Shown: piece by piece, positions 1 to 11,750 of the stretch | How the letters are laid out: each line of letters begins with the position of its first letter | How positions within the stretch are numbered: position 1 is the stretch's first letter | Source: Meyerozyma guilliermondii | Taxonomy: Eukaryota | Direction of reading: 5' to 3' | Assembly (NCBI GenBank): GCA_051546255.1 | Contig: CP128816.1 | Location: 1,550,001 to 1,614,000, forward strand | Length of the DNA stretch: 64,000 nt | Made by a program: the position numbers and the translations under genes | The notes under the pieces: model-generated | The model's database searches: none | What the model saw: only the letters and a program-made list of their open reading frames with translations | Told to the model about the DNA's origin: nothing

Positions 1-464
1 ACGCCACCTACTTTGAATGTCGAAAGATCAAATAGGATGGTCGGATTTACGCACAATTTTATGGCATTAATTAAAACGAATTTCGGCTCTTAAATGTTGT
101 AGCAACGTCTGCTAAATACAAGGCTATAATTGTATTCAGTTGTATTTAGTGTATTTAGTTGTATTCATACTATCCTTGTGATTGCGTTTGATTGAATGAT
201 TTCATGTAACATATCACTGTATCGCTACCATCATAAGTGGTTCAAAGTATTATTAGAGTTTTGGGTACTGCCAGGCACTATAATGCACTTTGGCTACTCC
301 ATGATATGCTGTAGTTTATTATAATGCAAAAATCTATCCCATACGTCACTTCATTCTTCGGTTCCGAGAGTCGGACATGCTTGGTCACCGTGAACTTAAA
401 TCCAACAGAAAGCTATATCCAACCTCTTTCCACGTCTAGCCACATCTAGCAGCACAAAAGCACC

Positions 465-1259
465 TTAGACCATAAACGATTCTCCGCAACCGCAGGTTCC
501 CTTAGAATTTGGATTCTTGAAAATGAACCTGGAGCTCAATTTATCATCCAACCATTCCATTTCCGACCCAACAATGGAGAAAAGAGCTTTCGAGTCGATC
601 ACCACCTTGACACCATCCTGCTCCACTACCTCGTCGAACTTACCGGGTTCGGAGACATACTCCAAGTGGTATGTCAATCCAGAGCAACCTCTGTTCTTGA
701 CCCCAATTCTGATCAACTTGGGCTCTGGCTGGTCAAGTAGTCCTTTCAAATGCTCTATTGCGCTGGGACTTAACGTTATAAGAGCCTTGCGGGGCCTCAA
801 TGTACGTCTTGGCTTCTTCTTAGTGTGGGTCGATGTAGGGTCTGTTGTAGATGATGCTGTAGATACTTTTGGAACTTCGTTGACTTTTGGTAAAGTGGGT
901 TCTGGGATCACGATTGTCGACTTGTCATTACTACTGCTGTGTTCTTGTTTTGCCAAATCTTCTGAATCAGTCGACTTCATCTTTGGAAGCTGTTTGCTGT
1001 CGAAACGAGACGCCCTGGATCTTCTCAATGGCGGTGTACTTTGGTCTTGTGGTATGCTAAGTGAATGTTTGGCCCATTTTGAAGAAGACGAAGTTGAATC
1101 ATCGGTGTTTCCGTACTTTAAACCAGAATAAAACCCAGGTTTTGATGAAGTTGTGGAGTGAACCGTTTGCATGAATCTCTTCCCAGCCAGTCCAGTCTCA
1201 TTTGACAAGTAGCGACGACACGCATTTTGTCCATTTATTAATATTTTTCTCGATAACAT
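465..1259 (-). CDS. ISA1: Mitochondrial A-type Fe-S cluster assembly protein
   Basis: C-terminal IscA/HesB domain with RGCSG and GTCGCGESF motifs; basic N-terminal presequence-like region. Confidence 0.95.
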   Translation of the reverse strand: MLSRKILINGQNACRRYLSNETGLAGKRFMQTVHSTTSSKPGFYSGLKYGNTDDSTSSSSKWAKHSLSIPQDQSTPPLRRSRASRFDSKQLPKMKSTDSEDLAKQEHSSSNDKSTIVIPEPTLPKVNEVPKVSTASSTTDPTSTHTKKKPRRTLRPRKALITLSPSAIEHLKGLLDQPEPKLIRIGVKNRGCSGLTYHLEYVSEPGKFDEVVEQDGVKVVIDSKALFSIVGSEMEWLDDKLSSRFIFKNPNSKGTCGCGESFMV

Positions 1260-1538
1260 ATTTATATCGAGGTAATAAGAATCTAAAAGTGTACAACCAC
1301 TATTATAATTAATGTCTATTTGTAAGAAAAGGTCACGAGGGTCGCACTTGTAAGCAGCACTTTCGCAGTGATGATTGGTGGAGAATCAGGAGCCGATCGC
1401 GGGAACTGAAATGCAGGAATCGTTGTGCAGGAGAAGACGATCTTTAGATCTATCTCGTGTAGAGACCAATAGAGCCCTTTATTACACCTTTATTACATCA
1501 AAAACTTAAACTCACACTAAACTTAACTCCTCTCTTTT

Positions 1539-3653
1539 TTAAATTGCTTTCGTCTCTTTCTTCAACCAATTGTACTCGACTGAATTTTTTGCGAACGACC
1601 CACTCAATTCGTTCCAAACCTGCTGGTGGTACGCATTGATCCAGGTTTTTTCGTTTTTCGTTAACATTGAAACGTCAATCAATTTTTTGCAGAACGGAAC
1701 CTTTGTTACCGTCTCAAACTCCAAAAAGTTCTTGCCGTTGTAGCTGGTGCCACTTTCCTTGACAAACATGACATTCTCGATACGAATACCATACTCTCCC
1801 TCCTCGTAATATCCTGGTTCATTACTCAACAAATGTCCAGGTTTGAGGGTGGTAGTGGCAGCGTTAGGACGAGGTCCAATTCCAATAGGGCCCTCGTGAA
1901 CGTTCAAATAAGCTCCTACGCCATGACCGGTACCATGACCATAGTCAAGTCCATACTGCCACAAATATTGTCTGGCAACTGCATCAACAGATGCTCCCGT
2001 AGTTCCTTCTGGAAACTTCAAACTCCCCAATGCAATGTTCCCCTTTAACACCAATGTATAGTTGCGTATTTCATCAGCAGATGGTTGTCCCATATGAACT
2101 GTTCTCGTGGTATCAGTAGTGCCCTCGAAGAATTGGGATCCCGAATCGTTCAAGTACATCTTCAGTGGATTTATGGTGGAGCAAGCTCCTTTTTCTGGCT
2201 TGTAGTGTATCACTGCTCCATTGGCACCCGTAGCACTGATAGTAGCAAATGACAACCCTACAAATCCATTCTCTTGTGACCTATAGTGGGTCAACTTCTC
2301 ATCGGCCTCTATCTCATCAATAAGCTCTCCCTTGTTCATTTCATTTTCCAACCATGCAAAGAAACGACACAAAGCTCTTCCGTCCTTTGAATGGGCAGAT
2401 TTGGCGCCTTCAAGCTCAGTGCTGTTCTTGATGGCTTTCAAGTCTTCCACAGGTGACCTGGTCGATTGTTTGGAAGCGCCGTCGAGAGTACGAACAATTT
2501 CCCAAGAAGCATATTGTGGTGTCAAGAGCGATTTATTGTCCAATTTGAGCTCGGAGCTCATGCGAGTTAATGATGGCCAAAATGCTTCGTATGGCTCAAC
2601 CTTGATGTTGTTCGACTTCAAGACAGACTGGACCTTGGTATCGAAGCGGAAATTATCGGCAAAGAGAGTGACTTGGCGGTCGCTGGTGATAATCAAGTAG
2701 GCGTAGAACACAGGGTTGAACTCGATATCACTACCTCTCATATTCAAGAGCCAGGCAATTTCATCAAGAGCTGAAATAACAAGACCAGCTGCTTTTTGAG
2801 CAGTGATCTCTTCTATCACCTTGTCCAATTTAGACGATATACCTTCACCAGTGTACTTGTCGTCCAATACTTTTATGATATTCTCTGGAGGACTAGGCAA
2901 GTCTTCAAAATGCTTCCACAGTCGGTCTATCAAGTTGTCAGTTACTGGCACTAGCTCAACACGAGCTTTTTCGAAACGTGACAGCAGGGCAATCTTTGAC
3001 GTGATTGCGGTGGATATCTTCTCGTACAAGGTGTATGTGATCAACTTTGGGTCAACACCGATTTTAGCAGTGGTTCCCGAATCCAAACTGGCTTGGATGG
3101 CCTGAAGAACCGTCCACTCTTCCCATGAGGGCTCACCCTTTGCTCCTTGCTTCAACAACTGCCAGTTGAAATCCAACTCATTGAGAGCCTGGTTGAAATA
3201 ACGTCCATCAGTAGACAACGCAGCGGTTCCCTCAGGAACGTCATTCATACACATGAGGTCCCTTGTCACAATAGCCACTCCGGCGCTTCCTTGGAACCCG
3301 GATATAAAACTCCGTCTTTGGTCTTTTGCTGAAACATATTCCGAATGGTGCTCATCTTCCGAAGGAATAATATACACCGCCAAGTCATGTTTGGCCATCA
3401 AACGGCGTAAAGCTTCTAATCTCTTGGAAGTATTGGTCTCTTTTACCTCTGGCACACACAAACTGGCAGCATCAATAGTGAAAACTGAACCCTTTCTGGA
3501 CCCTCCCGGCAGACCCAGACCGGAACCTCCACGCTTCAAATTTATCTGTTTTGCAAACCAGGATGATCTCCTGTTGCTCCTCGACAACAAGCCTGGCGAA
3601 CAGGTACAGTTCGCACACTGAGCACGAGAGACTCTTCTGGTACTAATACTCAT
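1539..3653 (-). CDS. FRA1: Xaa-Pro aminopeptidase (M24 family), Fra1-like
   Basis: DSG..GTTD, HGTGHGVG, NVHEGP, SNEPGYY and GIRIEN motifs; N-terminal CANCTCSPGLLSR typical of Fra1. First ATG at 3653 used instead of the GTG at 3710. Confidence 0.9.
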   Translation of the reverse strand: MSISTRRVSRAQCANCTCSPGLLSRSNRRSSWFAKQINLKRGGSGLGLPGGSRKGSVFTIDAASLCVPEVKETNTSKRLEALRRLMAKHDLAVYIIPSEDEHHSEYVSAKDQRRSFISGFQGSAGVAIVTRDLMCMNDVPEGTAALSTDGRYFNQALNELDFNWQLLKQGAKGEPSWEEWTVLQAIQASLDSGTTAKIGVDPKLITYTLYEKISTAITSKIALLSRFEKARVELVPVTDNLIDRLWKHFEDLPSPPENIIKVLDDKYTGEGISSKLDKVIEEITAQKAAGLVISALDEIAWLLNMRGSDIEFNPVFYAYLIITSDRQVTLFADNFRFDTKVQSVLKSNNIKVEPYEAFWPSLTRMSSELKLDNKSLLTPQYASWEIVRTLDGASKQSTRSPVEDLKAIKNSTELEGAKSAHSKDGRALCRFFAWLENEMNKGELIDEIEADEKLTHYRSQENGFVGLSFATISATGANGAVIHYKPEKGACSTINPLKMYLNDSGSQFFEGTTDTTRTVHMGQPSADEIRNYTLVLKGNIALGSLKFPEGTTGASVDAVARQYLWQYGLDYGHGTGHGVGAYLNVHEGPIGIGPRPNAATTTLKPGHLLSNEPGYYEEGEYGIRIENVMFVKESGTSYNGKNFLEFETVTKVPFCKKLIDVSMLTKNEKTWINAYHQQVWNELSGSFAKNSVEYNWLKKETKAI

Positions 3654-3930
3654 GGTGTTAATTGTAATGGTGGGAAAATAATTGAACCACCAGATAACGC
3701 AGGAGATCACGTGCGCTGCTGGCTAATTATGGGGGAGATGTAGTTGAAGAGTTTTGGAGAGAGGGAAGAGTAAAGTGATGTAAGGATATAGTAGTGACAG
3801 TACAGAGTGTCTACTACGTTTAGTTCAACTTTTTGGTTGCTTTCCGAAATTTTTCTTGCTTGTATTTTCTGCCGTCCTCGCTTGGTGACTTCTCGCGCAA
3901 GATTAGACAGTGAGAACGAAACCCGATGAT

Positions 3931-6899
3931 ATGGATGCCATTATAGAGGTAAGTAGCCATCATGATTCTGTTCTTCAAGTATACTAATACAGTCCATAGA
4001 AAGGCTCTACTCTACTAGAGATCCCGTGGAAGTTCAAAACTTACAAAAACTGCTTCAGCAAGTCCAGAGATCTCCACAAGGGTATCAGGTTGCACAAGAA
4101 TTATTGAATGTATCTTCACCAACCTGTCGATTTTTTGGAGCTCTAACATTCTCTGTGGTTATTCACAATTCCAGAAATTTGACTGAAGATCAATTGTTGC
4201 AATTGGTGAACACCCTTGAGCATCATGTGGTGAAACTATTCACAGAATCCAGCACAGTCAATGGTTTTATCATTAAAAAGTTGCTATCCAATTTGCTGCT
4301 TTTGTTCATCCAGATCCATCAAAGCTACACAAACCCTTTGCTGTCTCTTGCACTGAAGTTTGGTGGCAGTTCGTCATTGTCAGATTCACAAATCAGTGTT
4401 CTACTAAACTTTTCGGCTATCATTGTTGAAGAACTCAGCAGAGAACAAACCTTGCATACTTCAGTCCACAAGAGAGTTTTTGAAAATCTTTTCCCCGAAA
4501 CCGTTTCATTGTTATCTGTTGTTATTCAGCGTCGACCGCTCCTCGATTACCAGTGCCTTACTTGTCTAAATTCATGGGTGACTTACATTGTGGTTGCTGA
4601 GGACGGCTCTGAAATAAGATATACCCCAGAGATTACAGAGCCTGTTATACAATTCATTTTCACCTTTTTCGAGCCAGCATCTACATTCAGAAACGCATCC
4701 CAATTAAACGTTGAAACAGTGCACAAGGCCATCACAGTGATGTCTGAAATCTTCGATATCAACCCACGAATGCTAAGTCCTGCTTACCGTACTTCCTTTA
4801 GGCGGATATTGTTCGATAAAGATCAATGGGGTGCTAATATGATAGAAGATATCAACTCGCTCGACACAAGTGAGTACGTCGATGAAATCGGTACATTCAC
4901 CAATTTGGTGGTTTCGTTCATTCTGGTGGATATGCTCCAGTTAGCAAGAACGCTATTATCTCCCGAAACCAGCTATACTCTCAAATTGCTCATGTTGCTT
5001 ACAGACATCCCTGGTATACCCGCGGAGGATGAGCCTGTAAGTGGACAAATGTTGACTCTATGGGAAGATCTTGCCAACGTATTCATAGATGATTCGGAGA
5101 CGTTTGAGTCAATGTTCAATCTGGAAACGAATCCTGTCTCAAAGGCTCATTTTGAATCAACCAGAAACGATATGTTTACATCCGTTTGTTTGATTTACTG
5201 GAAGAAAATCAGGTTACCTTCGAGCGAGGTACTAGCTAATTCAGGTCCAGAATTCAATGCTTTCAGATCCAACGTTGCAGATTTCTTCATTGCAGTCTAC
5301 TCACTTATCACGCTTCCATTTTTTGAGCAACTTCTGATCGATGTGGTGAACAATTTGCATAGCAGGAACGAACAAGACATACCGCTCAAGCTTGAAAGTA
5401 CAATCTATTTGCTATACAAGATTGCAGACGACATGTCATTCTACGAAAACCAATGCAACGCATTACTTCCTAGCATCAATTCCATCTACAGTGGTGGTAT
5501 CTTAGACATCCTAATGGGTATAGACCGGGCCTTAAAACCAACCTTTGTTCGTTTTCTTTCAGCAACCCAATTTTTCCTCAAGACATCACAAGGCACTCCA
5601 TACTTGGGAAAGATACTTGACTTTTTGTTTCTGATCATATTCAGTGATGACTCGAATCTATCTTTAATTGCATCCCGGACCATTCTCACACTTTGCCAGG
5701 AATGTCGAGAAAACTTGACTGAATTTCTTCCCGTTTTGGAGGAGATTTTGGGAGAGATGCTCAAGTCCGAGAGTATTGACAACTTGATTCGTCAAAGGCT
5801 CTTCAACGCATACGTTAGTGTAGCGCAAATGTTGAAGAATCCAGAAACAATTGCAACCACACTCTTGAATCTTTTAAACGCCATACGGCATCAATTCACA
5901 GCTTTCATGGAGCTACACAAATCCTTGAATAGTGAACAAGAAGATTATGTGATATCTCTTCTTTCGTGTGTGAACGAAGTAGGAAAGGCTTGCCAACTTC
6001 CAGAAGAATTGGAAGATTTCTACACTGCAGAACAGGCTACTCAAGTTAACATGTACTGGGAATCAGATCCATTGACTATCAAGACACTCGTGCTTCAGAT
6101 AGTTGAAGATTTTTCTAGGCACTTTCCTTCTCATGCTATTGTTACTGAGAAGTGTTGTCTCATCCTTCGAAGTGGTATTGGTGAACCCATCAACGGTCCG
6201 TTCCAGTTTCTGTTTGACCTGATATTGCTCTACATGATAGCCGCAATGGATAGGGAAGTCGCCAATGTTGTTCCTCACATCTTCGGTTTGCTTGAGAAAT
6301 ACGTACTGGTAAACTACAAGTCTTTGCCAACCGAGACACTAGAGGCCGTTATTCAGCGCATTTTCACATCTCATTTAGAGTTCATCAAAACTGAGCCTGA
6401 TATGGTTCTGTCGTCAGTCCAGCTTTTTGCAACCATGCTTGAGAAATCTCCGTCATCGCTAGTCAAATTGGACACTTTCAAGCTGTCCGTTGTTCCACTT
6501 GCTCTTGATTCCTTAATAGCTCAAGAAACATTTATTCTCAAAGCTGCCTCGAAACTCTGGATTCACCTTCTAACGCTTCGAAGAGCGACAAAAGAAGATC
6601 AAGATTCAGTTCGGTATCTCATGACAAATTCGGGAGTAGGCCAAGTACTTACGCGAAACTTATTGTCGTCTTTCTTGAGCTCACCCAGATCTAATCTTGA
6701 ATACTACTATCCTGTCTTTCGAAATTTGATTGGAAAATATCCGCTTGAGTTTAAGCAGTGGATGGCTGAACAGAATGCAGATCAGGCATTCATTAACAAA
6801 TTAATGATTACCAGGGGCCAAAGGTCTGCAAATGAAGTTTTGAAAACACTATGGATGGATGTCAACCATTTAACCGATTACAACTCCAATTCATACTAA
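3931..6899 (+). CDS. KAP122: Importin-beta family karyopherin (Kap122/Pdr6-like), 2 exons: 3931-3948, 3993-6899 (974 aa)
   Basis: Splicing gives MDAIIE-SIERLYSTRDPVEVQNLQKLLQ, in frame with the ORF; IBN_N-like CRFFGALT, WEDLAN and FR.NVADF motifs. Confidence 0.8.
3949..3992 (+). other. 44-nt spliceosomal intron in KAP122
   Basis: GTAAGT ... TACTAAT (3982-3988) ... CAG; removal joins ATG 3931 to the ORF. Confidence 0.85.
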
Positions 6900-6946
6900 A
6901 ACTGAATTTCGTATTAAAACATGTACATACACATAAAGTAGTTTAT

Positions 6947-8803
6947 CTACAACATAGAATCAAGTTCCTGGCACAATTCATCGCACTCAGCAACGAAGTC
7001 AACATCAAAGAGACTCATCGTCTGATATCTGATCCGCACATTGCCATTGTAAGAATCCTGTCTTGCTCTTAATCTGAAATTAAACTCTTTCATAGTAATT
7101 GATTCCATGAGATCTGCAAATTCATTGCTTTCGTTCATATCTTGCTTCTCCTTCAAGTTTATGAGATCTCCAGCAGACATCCCAAATAGCTTTCTGGCTT
7201 CTTGATCGAACAACGTTGTCCAAAGCTGTCCTGTTTCATCAGTTATAGAGCAATTCAAGATATATCTGTGCAAGGGTTCTGGGAGAGTAATATTACATTT
7301 CTCACATCTCCATCCATCACTTTGCTCGAGGACTTTCCTGTTACATGTGTTTTCTTGTTGACCAGGAGCTTGAGAGTTTCCTGGTACAGTATTACTGCAC
7401 GCTGGATAAGAAAAGTTGTCCGTCTTGAAATAGCTGATTGTGGCTTTGACACTGAAGAAATCAGGCTTTTCATGCATACCAAGGTTGTCCTCCTGGGCAG
7501 CGAGAATGGTTTTTCTGTTCTTGATGTAATTCTGATTTGGACCGGCCTCGACTTTCAAAGACTTGAAATTCTCATTCATTCCTTGATTGTCGTACCAACC
7601 CTTGAGTTGATAGGCTTCCGGGGTATCAGGATTTACCACCATTGATCCAGAGTGAGTCAAGGTGAGTGATCTTCCTCCGAAGTCTTGAACTTTACAACCC
7701 TTAAAAGCGATAACTGAACCCTCACTGGTGTTGAATTCGAGCGCAGTTTGGTTCCACAAACCGATATCAATGGCAAAGTTTGAATCATCCACGATAGTGA
7801 TGTTTCTGCGATCAAACGCCTTACCAGTTGACTTTGCCGTGATCTGGAACACTGGGTTTGCAGTCTTCAAAACACCAATAACATCCACTACAGCGTTTAC
7901 CTCAGCAGCCTGAATCTTGTCCAACTTGGTGAAGTTAAAGTGAAGCTTGGGCACATCAGATGTATCGAAACACTCGGTGATCACGGTATCCTTGTCGAGA
8001 GCTAATTCGTACGGGTGAGTCAAGTGAGAAAACTGAGGCTTAGCTTGTTGGATTCTGGCACGTTCCACAGTATAGACTTTACCCTCTTCCAATGTGTTGT
8101 AGAACTGTTCAGCGACGTCATTGAAGGCGGTGGCTCTGATCTCGTCAGACTCATCCAAAAAGTTGACATTAAACAACTTGCCTTCACCTCGCGCATTCGA
8201 CCACTTTCTGATATCACCTTTGAATGATACTCTAGCCTTGATACGCCAATTGTTTTGGTAAGGAGACAACAGTTCGATGGGGTTGAACGTTTGACCCGCG
8301 GTAGATTGGCCACTCTTATGTTGGGATTTGACTGGTTTAGCAGGCGTTGGCTCCATTGAATTGGCACGCTGACCGGCGCTAGCGCCTTGTAATTGTAGAG
8401 CATCGTCCTCGGGGTGCTCAGCATAGTAAGCGTCACAAGAAACTACCGGGTTTGAGTGTTTGCTGCTTGTGGTGTGGATAATCTCACAGTCTGATACGAT
8501 GATAATGTGTTTCTGAGTTGCCACCAAACTATATTTCTTGACAGTAATAACAGAGCCCTTCTGGAACCCGTTCGCCTCACAGTATGGCATGAGCTCAGCA
8601 GCGATCAACCCATGTAAAGAATATTGACCATCATTTAAAAGGATGCGAAACCGGTGAGGAGCCAGATCGCCACTATTTTCAAGAAGCTTAACATTTGAGA
8701 CTTGGACTGTAAAGGGTTTGTTCTGGTAAAGATGTTGATCCTTCTTGGATAAGACGGCACGTAGAGCGCCTCCAGTAAGCCCCAAGTCAGATGGTGAGGT
8801 CAT
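6947..8803 (-). CDS. RFA1: Replication protein A 70 kDa subunit
   Basis: OB folds (SPYQNNWRIKARV, GEGKLFNV, EIRATAFN) and C4 zinc motif YPAC...CNRKV...CEKC. Confidence 0.97.
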   Translation of the reverse strand: MTSPSDLGLTGGALRAVLSKKDQHLYQNKPFTVQVSNVKLLENSGDLAPHRFRILLNDGQYSLHGLIAAELMPYCEANGFQKGSVITVKKYSLVATQKHIIIVSDCEIIHTTSSKHSNPVVSCDAYYAEHPEDDALQLQGASAGQRANSMEPTPAKPVKSQHKSGQSTAGQTFNPIELLSPYQNNWRIKARVSFKGDIRKWSNARGEGKLFNVNFLDESDEIRATAFNDVAEQFYNTLEEGKVYTVERARIQQAKPQFSHLTHPYELALDKDTVITECFDTSDVPKLHFNFTKLDKIQAAEVNAVVDVIGVLKTANPVFQITAKSTGKAFDRRNITIVDDSNFAIDIGLWNQTALEFNTSEGSVIAFKGCKVQDFGGRSLTLTHSGSMVVNPDTPEAYQLKGWYDNQGMNENFKSLKVEAGPNQNYIKNRKTILAAQEDNLGMHEKPDFFSVKATISYFKTDNFSYPACSNTVPGNSQAPGQQENTCNRKVLEQSDGWRCEKCNITLPEPLHRYILNCSITDETGQLWTTLFDQEARKLFGMSAGDLINLKEKQDMNESNEFADLMESITMKEFNFRLRARQDSYNGNVRIRYQTMSLFDVDFVAECDELCQELDSML

Positions 8804-8810
8804 TATGAAT

Positions 8811-8846
8811 ACGCGTTAGGTTCACGCGGTTCAAAAGTTCGCGAAA
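8811..8846. promoter_or_regulatory. MCB/SCB-like G1/S elements upstream of RFA1
   Basis: ACGCGT 8811-8816, ACGCG 8824-8828 and CGCGAAA 8840-8846; RFA1 is a classic MBF target. Confidence 0.6.
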
Positions 8847-8922
8847 GAGTGGTGAGAAGTGGCATGCAGGACACCAGCTATTGATGAGTTCGATCTATAT
8901 TCATGGGGATCTATGTTTCGTA

Positions 8923-10134
8923 CTACAACTTCGACTGCACGCTCACGGCGTTGAACAATTCGTCTCTTTCATTAAGCTTGACCGCTCCACTCCGCAATAA
9001 TGCACGGGTAAGGTCATCGATGAGATCATCACAGTTTTCGATTCCGATACACAATCGGATCAAGTCTTCGGGAAAGTCCCGCTCTTCTCTTGTTTTGGCA
9101 TCGATGGATGCGTGAGACATCTTACATGGCATCGATATGAGCGAATTGACACAACCAAAGGACACGGCAATCCCAAAAATTTCGGTGCTCTCCACTATCT
9201 TTTCTGACACTTTAATGCTACCAGTCTCGAAACTTAGCACTGCACCTGCTCCTTTGCACATACTGGCGTGCAAGTCGTACTGAGGGTGCGATTTTATACC
9301 TGGGTAACGAACCTTGAACCCAATATTGGCCAAAAACTCGGCGATTCTTACACAGTTCTGTTGCTGACGTTCGACTCTAACGGCCAATGTTCTCAAGCCT
9401 CGGGACAAGAGCCACGAGTCAAATGGAGACAATCCACAACCGGTGGAATTGATCACATAGTATATCTTTTCCGCCAAAGCTGCGCTTCTGGTGGCTAAAA
9501 CTCCCGCCATGATATCATGGTGTCCATTAAGGTATTTGGTAGCCGATTCGTATTGGATATCAACACCGAAATCCAATGGAGTCATAAGCACAGGCGACAT
9601 CATGGTATTATCGAAAACAACCACTATATCAGGGTTGATTTTATGTGCTTCTCTGGTGATGGTGCGAACATCACACACCTTGATGAGAGGATTGGTTGGA
9701 CTTTCTAAAAAAATCATCTTGGTACCCGAGTGTATTTTCGATACAAGCAATTCTGTGTTTGTCGTGTCATAGTGGTGAACTTTCAAGTCACCTTTATTGT
9801 TCAAATATGTGAGCAATCGATGGGTTCCTCCATACAAATCATCACCTGCAATGACCTCGTCGCCAGGACTCAATAATCTGGTAATGACATCAAGGCATCC
9901 CATTCCGCTGGTCACCGCAAACGCATGGTTTGCTCTCATAATCTTGGCTATATGGTTCTGTAAATGGGTTCTAGTTGGGTTGCCGGATCGAGTATAGTCG
10001 TATTCACCCATATTCGAAAGCGAAGGTTGCTTGAAAGTGGCCGATTGGTATAGCGGCGCCACCGACGCATTGTACTGGTCCGTACTTTTGCTGAGAACAA
10101 GCTCTGTCTCGAGGTTGTATTTCCGGGGTGACAT
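8923..10134 (-). CDS. STR3: Cystathionine beta-lyase with PTS1 (SKL)
   Basis: YDYTRSGNPTR, LESPTNP, PLP-lysine motif ESATKYLNGH; C-terminal SKL (TCG AAG TTG). Confidence 0.92.
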   Translation of the reverse strand: MSPRKYNLETELVLSKSTDQYNASVAPLYQSATFKQPSLSNMGEYDYTRSGNPTRTHLQNHIAKIMRANHAFAVTSGMGCLDVITRLLSPGDEVIAGDDLYGGTHRLLTYLNNKGDLKVHHYDTTNTELLVSKIHSGTKMIFLESPTNPLIKVCDVRTITREAHKINPDIVVVFDNTMMSPVLMTPLDFGVDIQYESATKYLNGHHDIMAGVLATRSAALAEKIYYVINSTGCGLSPFDSWLLSRGLRTLAVRVERQQQNCVRIAEFLANIGFKVRYPGIKSHPQYDLHASMCKGAGAVLSFETGSIKVSEKIVESTEIFGIAVSFGCVNSLISMPCKMSHASIDAKTREERDFPEDLIRLCIGIENCDDLIDDLTRALLRSGAVKLNERDELFNAVSVQSKL

Positions 10135-10152
10135 AGTTGAAGAACGAGATTA

Positions 10153-10190
10153 TGACTCTGATGAGAAAATCAATCGCACCAGGTCACGTG
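10153..10190. promoter_or_regulatory. Gcn4-like and Cbf1 sites upstream of STR3
   Basis: TGACTC 10153-10158; TCACGTG 10184-10190. Confidence 0.55.
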
Positions 10191-10389
10191 CTCCACGATA
10201 AGGGTGGAGAAATAGAAGGTGAGGATGCATTGAAAATGCATTCGAAATCTACGAGCGACGAGATATGATAGAACAATTGTGATATATCTATTGAGCAGAT
10301 TCTTATGTGTGTTTTCCACCTTTTGTTACCTTAACTTTTCTGTTTCTCCATCTTTCTCTTTGCATGCATTCTATTTAGTACAAGCCAAT

Positions 10390-11115
10390 CTACAAGTCAC
10401 TACGAGTGACCTTTCTGATATCGTGGGGTTCCTTGCTCAACAACACTTTGGGTCCCGAAAATGGCTCGCAAGAATCTCTTCCTGAAACAGGTCCAACATG
10501 CATTGGTTTACCCTCTTGCAAGTTCTTCAAGAGCTCAACGGTCTTCTCACCGGTCAAGTCCTCGGCGTAGTCGTCGTTCACTCCCATCATAGGTCCATTG
10601 ACACAAGCTCCCAAGCATTCGACTTCCTCTAATGTGAACAAATTGTCTGGGGTGGTTTGACCAGGCTTTATTTTAAGATGGTTCTTTATAGCGTCCATAA
10701 CCTCATCACTGCCACACAATTGGCATGGCGTAGTAGTGCAAACTTGAAGATGGTACTTGCCCATTGGCTTTCTGTTGTACATGGTATAGAATGTAGCCAC
10801 TTCGTAGACTCTCATAGGAGGCATATCCAACATTTTAGCTACGTAGTTCATGACCGAAATGGCAGTGAATCCGTGCTGCCTTTGACCCAAGTCCAAAAGT
10901 GGCATGACTGCTGCCTTCTTGTATTGTGGTGGGTATTTGGCAATGATTTCCTTGGCCCTTTTCAAGTTGTCTGCATTGAACTCAAAAGGAATATCAGGAT
11001 TGTCAACCTTGGTGTTTCTATGCACAGAAATAATGGATGAGAAACGCACAGGCGTCACTGGCCGGGCTGTACGAGCCGAAATCCGGGCTTGTTGCCATAA
11101 TGTTTTTCTGAACAT
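10390..11115 (-). CDS. NADH:ubiquinone oxidoreductase (complex I) 24 kDa [2Fe-2S] subunit (NDUFV2/NUHM homolog)
   Basis: [15 protein letters not shown] and [13 protein letters not shown] 11115 ([11 protein letters not shown], presequence-like) preferred; an in-frame ATG at 11145 also exists. Confidence 0.95.
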   Translation of the reverse strand: MFRKTLWQQARISARTARPVTPVRFSSIISVHRNTKVDNPDIPFEFNADNLKRAKEIIAKYPPQYKKAAVMPLLDLGQRQHGFTAISVMNYVAKMLDMPPMRVYEVATFYTMYNRKPMGKYHLQVCTTTPCQLCGSDEVMDAIKNHLKIKPGQTTPDNLFTLEEVECLGACVNGPMMGVNDDYAEDLTGEKTVELLKNLQEGKPMHVGPVSGRDSCEPFSGPKVLLSKEPHDIRKVTRSDL

Positions 11116-11750
11116 GACGGAGTACTGGTGGTTCCTAAACTTCATCGCGTAAACTGATTTAGGCGGAGGTGATTGGTTGGTTGTGTGCAGGAACCAAATG
11201 TGAGACTATTGCAACGATTTTAGAACTGAATGGAGTAGAGGAAGCGTTGCAAGAGATGAGAAGTGGACGTTTGGTTGTCACATTGAGAAAGCTCCTTCTT
11301 TAGAGCTATTTGGCCAAGAATCTTTTTTGATTGAAACTTTTACTTTTAATATTAGCAAAACTATTACACCTCTAGACTATTCCAGTTTCTCATCTACTCT
11401 CCATTCTCTCCTTGATTCTTTATCACTTACTTCTCCCTCTTTCTTTATTCTTCTTTACTTTCTTCTTCATCTCATCTTCTTCTTTCCTCCACTTATCGTC
11501 ACGTGACTTCTTGGACTTGGGGAGTTGAGCACAGAGCAATTAATTGACAGTTCATCTATATTAATAACGTTGCATCGGGTGTTATAATCATAATAGAGCG
11601 ACATCATAAGAGCTGGAAGTTGTTTTCTATAAGAATCAATTGCATAAGAGGTGATTATAGTCGTTGGATACCTCATATATCAATATTTCATTTTTCCTTC
11701 GGAACCACTAATAATCCATCCATCTCGAAATCCTCACAAATACACCTTAA

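Noticed and set aside
130..170. TGTATT(C/T)AGT ~10-bp tandem repeats; similar short duplications near 13411 and 32328
   Set aside because: Ordinary slippage repeats with no spacers; not CRISPR-like or telomeric.
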